This document shows, piece by piece, positions 59,657 through 64,000 of a DNA stretch of 64,000 bases (positions within the stretch are counted from its first letter, which is position 1; every line of letters begins with the position of its first letter). A program made the translations under genes and the position numbers. Source of the DNA: an uncultured Verrucomicrobiae bacterium (lineage in GTDB: Bacteria > Verrucomicrobiota > Verrucomicrobiia > Chthoniobacterales > JAFAMB01); assembly GCA_963813025.1 (NCBI GenBank), contig CAWEXO010000013.1, forward strand, positions 224,001 through 288,000. Direction: 5' to 3'. Below the pieces are notes generated by a model. The model did not search any database and was not told the origin of the DNA. It saw only the letters and a program-made list of their open reading frames with translations.

Positions 59657-60779
59657 GTGCCTAATTGCGTAAGTTAGTTATATGTATGGCGACTTTCCCC
59701 TGATGTACCTGGGATTTGGTCCATTCGAAGGGAGCCGCATTGTTATTGTAGTTCTTGATGAAGGTGTCGATGGCGTTGCGCAGCTCTGCCACGCTGGTGA
59801 AGTTTGCCCCCTGGAGGGCTTGGCGGCTCAAGATACTAAACCAGATCTCAATCTGGTTGAGCCAAGAAGCGTGGGTTGGAGTGAAATGAAAATGCACATT
59901 GGGGTGAGCCTTCAACCAGCGATCTTGCTTTGGCTTATGGGTCGCAAGGTTGTCTAAGACCACATGAATTTCTTTGTCGAGATTTCCGGCAACTACCTGG
60001 TTCATAAACTCCAGGAATTCCCGTCGGCGCTGGCGCCGGTAATGACCAGCCTGCACTTGGCCGCTGGCAATGTTGAGGGCGGAAAGAGAGTGGAGGTGCC
60101 ATGGCGCTTGTACTCGTGGCTAAAACCCGTCAGCGCCCTGCCATTGGGCAAGCGAATCCAACCTTGGGCTCTTTCCAGGGCTTGAATGGCTGGTTTTTCA
60201 TCAATGGCCAAGATGAGCGCATTCTGGGGCGGATTGAGATAAAGACCGACAATGTCAGCGGCCTTGCGCACAAACTCCGGATCGGTGGAAATGCACCAGC
60301 TGCGGCGCCGTTCCAATTCAATGCCTTGTTGGCGCAAAATGCGCCAGACTTAATCGGAGGAAACATCGGCCAGACTCTGCGCCAGCAGTCGCCCATTCCA
60401 GCGCCCGTAGCCCGCCGGTGGATCTTCATCCAGCAGCGCCAAGACCCGCTTGACCGTCATTTGATCATACTTGGCCGGCTTTCCACTGCGTGGCGCGTCT
60501 TCCAAGCCAGCCAGGCCTTGGCGCACAAAGCGCCGCCGCCATTTACTCACCGTCACCTCGGGAATGCGCAGGCTCTTGGCAATCGCACGTCCACTCAAGC
60601 CCGCTGCCGCCTTCAAGATAATCTGACTCCTGACCTTGAGCCGGTGTTCGACCCGTTGCGCTCGACTCCAACCCTCCAAGAGCTTGCGGTTTTCCACAGA
60701 AAGTTTGATGCGACCCGTTGCCATCCATCCAACAAATCATAATTTTTCATAAATATAAAGAACTAAAGCAACTAAGTAC
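59657..60779 (-). mobile_element. IS630-family element with TA target duplication; transposase pseudogene
   Basis: Imperfect 29-bp IRs (22/29 by eye, counting the TA); TA at 59655-56 and 60780-81; HTH, DEK, Y-RHGT, DNL-TH, SWLNQIE motifs; in-frame TAA at 60350-52 and a 1-nt deletion near 60082. Confidence 0.9.
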
Positions 60780-60780
60780 T

Positions 60781-60870
60781 AGTGCTAGTGCTAGTGCTAG
60801 TGCTAGTGCTAGTGCTAGTGCTAGTGCTGGTCATTGGTCATCGGTGCCATTGGCCATTGGCCATTGGCCA
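60781..60870. repeat. (AGTGCT)x8 microsatellite followed by (GGYCATT)n heptamers
   Basis: Read directly: 60781-60828 hexamers, 60829-60870 heptamers. Confidence 0.95.
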
Positions 60871-60899
60871 TTCCCCGTCGGCCATTCGTGCATTCCTGA

Positions 60900-61148
60900 T
60901 TGACCCGCCGCTCACTCGAAACCACCGTACTTGCCGTGCAGACGATCGGACTTCGCCACGGTCTGAAGTTGATATGGGCCGGCTTGCTCCTGGCTTCGTC
61001 GGCTTGTTTGGCCGCTTGCGCGAACGATCAACCCACGTCAATGGAAACCGCGATAACGCGCGCGGTTGGAGAACAAAACGCAGAGACCCGGCAGAATTAT
61101 CAACCGCCGCGCAGCCCAGGGTTTAATGACCTGCTGGGCGGCCGATAG
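60900..61148 (+). CDS. Small lipoprotein-like ORF
   Basis: Hydrophobic stretch ending LAAC. Confidence 0.4.
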   Translation: MTRRSLETTVLAVQTIGLRHGLKLIWAGLLLASSACLAACANDQPTSMETAITRAVGEQNAETRQNYQPPRSPGFNDLLGGR

Positions 61149-61216
61149 CAATCTGCACTCCGGTATTCAAGCCGAATAGGCTTGATCATCGGTGCGTCGA
61201 AATGTTTGGCGGACTC

Positions 61217-61420
61217 ATGAGACAACTTGTTTTTTTTCTATTCTTGCTTTCCGGGCTAGCTGGCCCTGCCGTTGCTCAGGCCGATCCTCCGTACCGAACT
61301 CACTATCAGGACCGGCGAAACTATCACTATCGGCGCTATGACCACGACAACTATCGGCACTCGCATCATTGGAAATATCGACGCTGGCATCACAGTTATC
61401 AGGGTCACGACAGGGACTAA
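61217..61420 (+). CDS. Small secreted His/Arg/Tyr-rich protein
   Basis: Signal peptide ending AQA then YRTHY...RRWHH. Confidence 0.55.
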   Translation: MRQLVFFLFLLSGLAGPAVAQADPPYRTHYQDRRNYHYRRYDHDNYRHSHHWKYRRWHHSYQGHDRD

Positions 61421-61509
61421 GCAGTTCACTCAGCCTGTTTGGATCGAATTGATGCACCTTTTCTGAAACGCGCGATGGCCAACCCCGGTAGTATTTAATC
61501 CTTGCTGCG

Positions 61510-63180
61510 ATGCAAAACCGTTGGTTCAAAAATGCCATCATTTACTGCGTCGATATCGACACGTATCGAGACGGGAATGGGGACGGTATCGGCGATTTTG
61601 TCGGTCTGCGCCAAAGTCTAAGCTATCTCGCCGGACTGGGTATAACCTGTGTGTGGTTGCTGCCTTTTTATAAGTCACCGGATCGTGACAACGGCTACGA
61701 TATCCTCGACTACTTGTCGGTTCATCCTGCGTTGGGTGATCTCGGAGACTTTGTCGATTTCATGGATGAAGCACGTGATCGCGGTATCCGGGTGATTGTC
61801 GATCTGGTGGTAAATCACACTTCCGATCAACATCCCTGGTTCCAGGCGGCCCGGCGTGGCCATCCGAAGTACCGCAACTATTATGTCTGGCGGACGGATC
61901 GCCCGGGGAATACTCGGGATGAAGTGGTTTTTCCGGGCAAACAGACCGGCGTTTGGCAATTCGATCGCTTTGCGAAAGCCTACTACTTTCACCGCTTCTA
62001 CAGCTTTCAGCCCGATCTGAATAGCTGCAATCCGGCCGTCCGAGATGAAATTAAAAAAGTGATGCGGTTCTGGTTGAATCTTGGCGTTTCCGGGTTTCGG
62101 GTTGATGCCGCACCTTTCGTCATCGCAGAAAAGAGTCCGACAGCCGGCAAGCAACCGCATGAAGTATTTCACTTTCTGGATGAGTTCCGCGAATTTTTAT
62201 CATGGGAACGCGGGGACGCGTTGCTGCTCGCTGAAGCAAACGTGGCTCCAGATCAGATCATGAATTATTTTGGTCAGGAGGGCCAGCGAACGCACATGGT
62301 CCTGAATTTTTATGTGAACCCCCACATTTTCCTGGCATTGGCTGACCAGTCACCCGATCCCATCGTGCGGAGTCTCAGTGCGCTCCCGCAAATTCCGCCG
62401 AACTGTCATTGGGGATATTTCCTCCGTAACCACGACGAATTGGATCTCAGTCGCTTGACTGAGCCTGAACGGAATCGCTGTTTTGCTGCTTTTGCGCCGC
62501 AGAGGGCCATGCGGTTATATGATCGCGGAATTCGCCGGCGCCTCGCACCGATGCTTGGAGCGGACCGAGCCAGAGAGTTGCTCGCCTACAGCCTGATCTT
62601 CACCTTACCGGGAACTCCCGTGCTCTGGTACGGAGAAGAAATAGGGATGGGCGAAGATCTCAAACAGGTCGAACGCAACAGCGTTCGCACCCCGATGCAG
62701 TGGACGGCCGATCTGAATGCAGGTTTCTCGCCCGCTCCAAAGAATCAGTTGCGCCGGCCGGTGATTAGCACCGGCCCCTTCAGCTACAAGACGGTTAACG
62801 CCCAAGCGCAACGACGCGACCCTGGTTCGTTGCTCAATGCGCTCGAAAGAATGATCCGTACGCGAAAGGAGTATCCGGAATTCGGTGGTGGAAATTACCG
62901 TATGTTGCCGACGAGCGCCCCGGAGCAAGTCTTTGCCCATGCCTGCGAATCCGAGAACGGAGACGGTGTGATCGCTGTCCACAACTTTTCTGATACGCGT
63001 GTTGACGTCACAATCGAGCTTTGGGATTCCTTCGATTACTTGGTCTACCTTTTCAGCGAAATTCCAAACCAGCCAATCGTCCAGCGGAAGCTGGCACTAG
63101 CGCTCCCGCCCTCGGGCTTTGAGTGGCTGCGCGCCAAAAAGGCAGTGCCCGCGCGGCGTAAATCAGATCGCGCTGGTTAA
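61510..63180 (+). CDS. GH13 alpha-amylase family, trehalose synthase (TreS)-like
   Basis: WFKNAIIY, D-NGDGIGDF-GL, WLLPFY-SP-RDNGYD, DLVVNHTSDQHPWF, GFRVDA, AEAN, FLRNHDEL, GIRRRLAPML. Confidence 0.88.
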   Translation: MQNRWFKNAIIYCVDIDTYRDGNGDGIGDFVGLRQSLSYLAGLGITCVWLLPFYKSPDRDNGYDILDYLSVHPALGDLGDFVDFMDEARDRGIRVIVDLVVNHTSDQHPWFQAARRGHPKYRNYYVWRTDRPGNTRDEVVFPGKQTGVWQFDRFAKAYYFHRFYSFQPDLNSCNPAVRDEIKKVMRFWLNLGVSGFRVDAAPFVIAEKSPTAGKQPHEVFHFLDEFREFLSWERGDALLLAEANVAPDQIMNYFGQEGQRTHMVLNFYVNPHIFLALADQSPDPIVRSLSALPQIPPNCHWGYFLRNHDELDLSRLTEPERNRCFAAFAPQRAMRLYDRGIRRRLAPMLGADRARELLAYSLIFTLPGTPVLWYGEEIGMGEDLKQVERNSVRTPMQWTADLNAGFSPAPKNQLRRPVISTGPFSYKTVNAQAQRRDPGSLLNALERMIRTRKEYPEFGGGNYRMLPTSAPEQVFAHACESENGDGVIAVHNFSDTRVDVTIELWDSFDYLVYLFSEIPNQPIVQRKLALALPPSGFEWLRAKKAVPARRKSDRAG

Positions 63181-64000
63181 GATTTCCGTCAGTTCCTGGT
63201 CCGTCAACTCGACTGGATTAGCTTTCATGCTGCTGGCGTTACGGCTTCTCGTGACCACTGCTGGGATCGATTCGCGAGTTATCCCAAACGCGCTTAGCCG
63301 GGGTATCTCGAGCGCTCGGCAAAGCTCTTGCACCCACAAAACGCCGGCCTCCGGACTTGCCTGATTGGACCGCAGTAAAAGCCGGCTCAAGTCCGTGAAG
63401 CGCTGAAGAGCGGGGCTCTCGGAGAGCCGCTCGCGCAAGGCTTGCAGATTTGCCTTTAGGACGGCTGGAAGCAGAGCCGCGCAGATCGCTCCGTGCGGTG
63501 CGGAAAACATGCCGCCGAGAGGAGCGGCTAGTCCGTGAACCGCACCCAGACCAGCGTTCGCCAGCGCCAAACCGCCAATTAAACTAGCCAGAGCCATGTC
63601 TTCGCGATGCTCGAGTTTTTCCCCGTGCTCATAAGCCGGCTGCAGAGACTGCGCGGCCCGCGCAATGCCCGTTTGGCAAAGAGCGTCGGTCAGCGGATTT
63701 GCTCGCACGGACAAGTAGGGTTCGATCACCTGTGTGAGCGCGTCCATCCCCGTGAATGCGGTGATCTTCTGTGGCAAGTTGAGGGTTAGTTCCGGATCGA
63801 CGAGCGCCACTTCTGGCAGTAGGAATCGGCTCCGCAGACTGACCTTTACCTGCTTGCTCTCAACCGCGAGTACGGCGTTGCGCGTAACCTCGGATCCAGT
63901 ACCGGCCGTGGTCGGGACGGCGATACAGGGGACCCCTGGCTGCGGCAGGTTTCGGCCGCGTCCAACCACCTCGACGTAGTCGAAGATCGTCCCATCGGAA
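63163..64000 (-). CDS. Iron-containing alcohol dehydrogenase, 3' part (runs off the window end)
   Basis: PTTAGTGSEVT, DPELT, GMDALTQ-IE, GAVHG, HG. Confidence 0.9.
   Translation of the reverse strand, partial: SDGTIFDYVEVVGRGRNLPQPGVPCIAVPTTAGTGSEVTRNAVLAVESKQVKVSLRSRFLLPEVALVDPELTLNLPQKITAFTGMDALTQVIEPYLSVRANPLTDALCQTGIARAAQSLQPAYEHGEKLEHREDMALASLIGGLALANAGLGAVHGLAAPLGGMFSAPHGAICAALLPAVLKANLQALRERLSESPALQRFTDLSRLLLRSNQASPEAGVLWVQELCRALEIPRLSAFGITRESIPAVVTRSRNASSMKANPVELTDQELTEILTSAI

Noticed and set aside
59661..60724. Programmed recoding in the split IS630 transposase
   Set aside because: The breaks are an in-frame TAA and a 1-nt loss in TLF-AAL with no slippery run; simple inactivation (or sequencing error) fits better
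60781..60870. Possible CRISPR array, and the ORFs reading VLVLVL or ASASAS
   Set aside because: Simple hexamer/heptamer microsatellite with no spacers and no cas genes; the ORFs are translations of the repeat

Overview
GC-rich bacterial chromosomal segment; gene content and repeat style suggest a soil Verrucomicrobiota (Chthoniobacterales-like) genome, which is an inference. It is mostly housekeeping and metabolic genes (glgE 3' end, trmB, comEC, cimA, murI, a cysteine desulfurase, pfkA, cls, a TreS-like GH13 enzyme, an Fe-ADH), with a tRNA-Ala(GGC) and a decayed mobile region (about 26.5-37.9 kb) next to the tRNA 3' end. The best finding is an apparently intact IS110/IS621-type bridge-recombinase element at 13820-15141. 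Its CT core duplication, circle-junction promoter, donor site, target site and all four bridge-RNA guide segments can be read from the sequence. The target loop matches a host nested palindromic repeat (MITE-like) that has empty copies in this window, and the element's right end supplies a new in-frame start codon for the ORF it interrupted. Other points of interest: a 30-nt hairpin inserted independently into two MITE copies, an IS3 inside a REPIN-like repeat, an IS630 inside a (TAGTGC)n microsatellite, and intact ORFs with missing catalytic residues (ClpP-like, DacA-like, ComEC motifs). No CRISPR array or rRNA was seen. All protein calls come from motif recognition by eye, not database searches.
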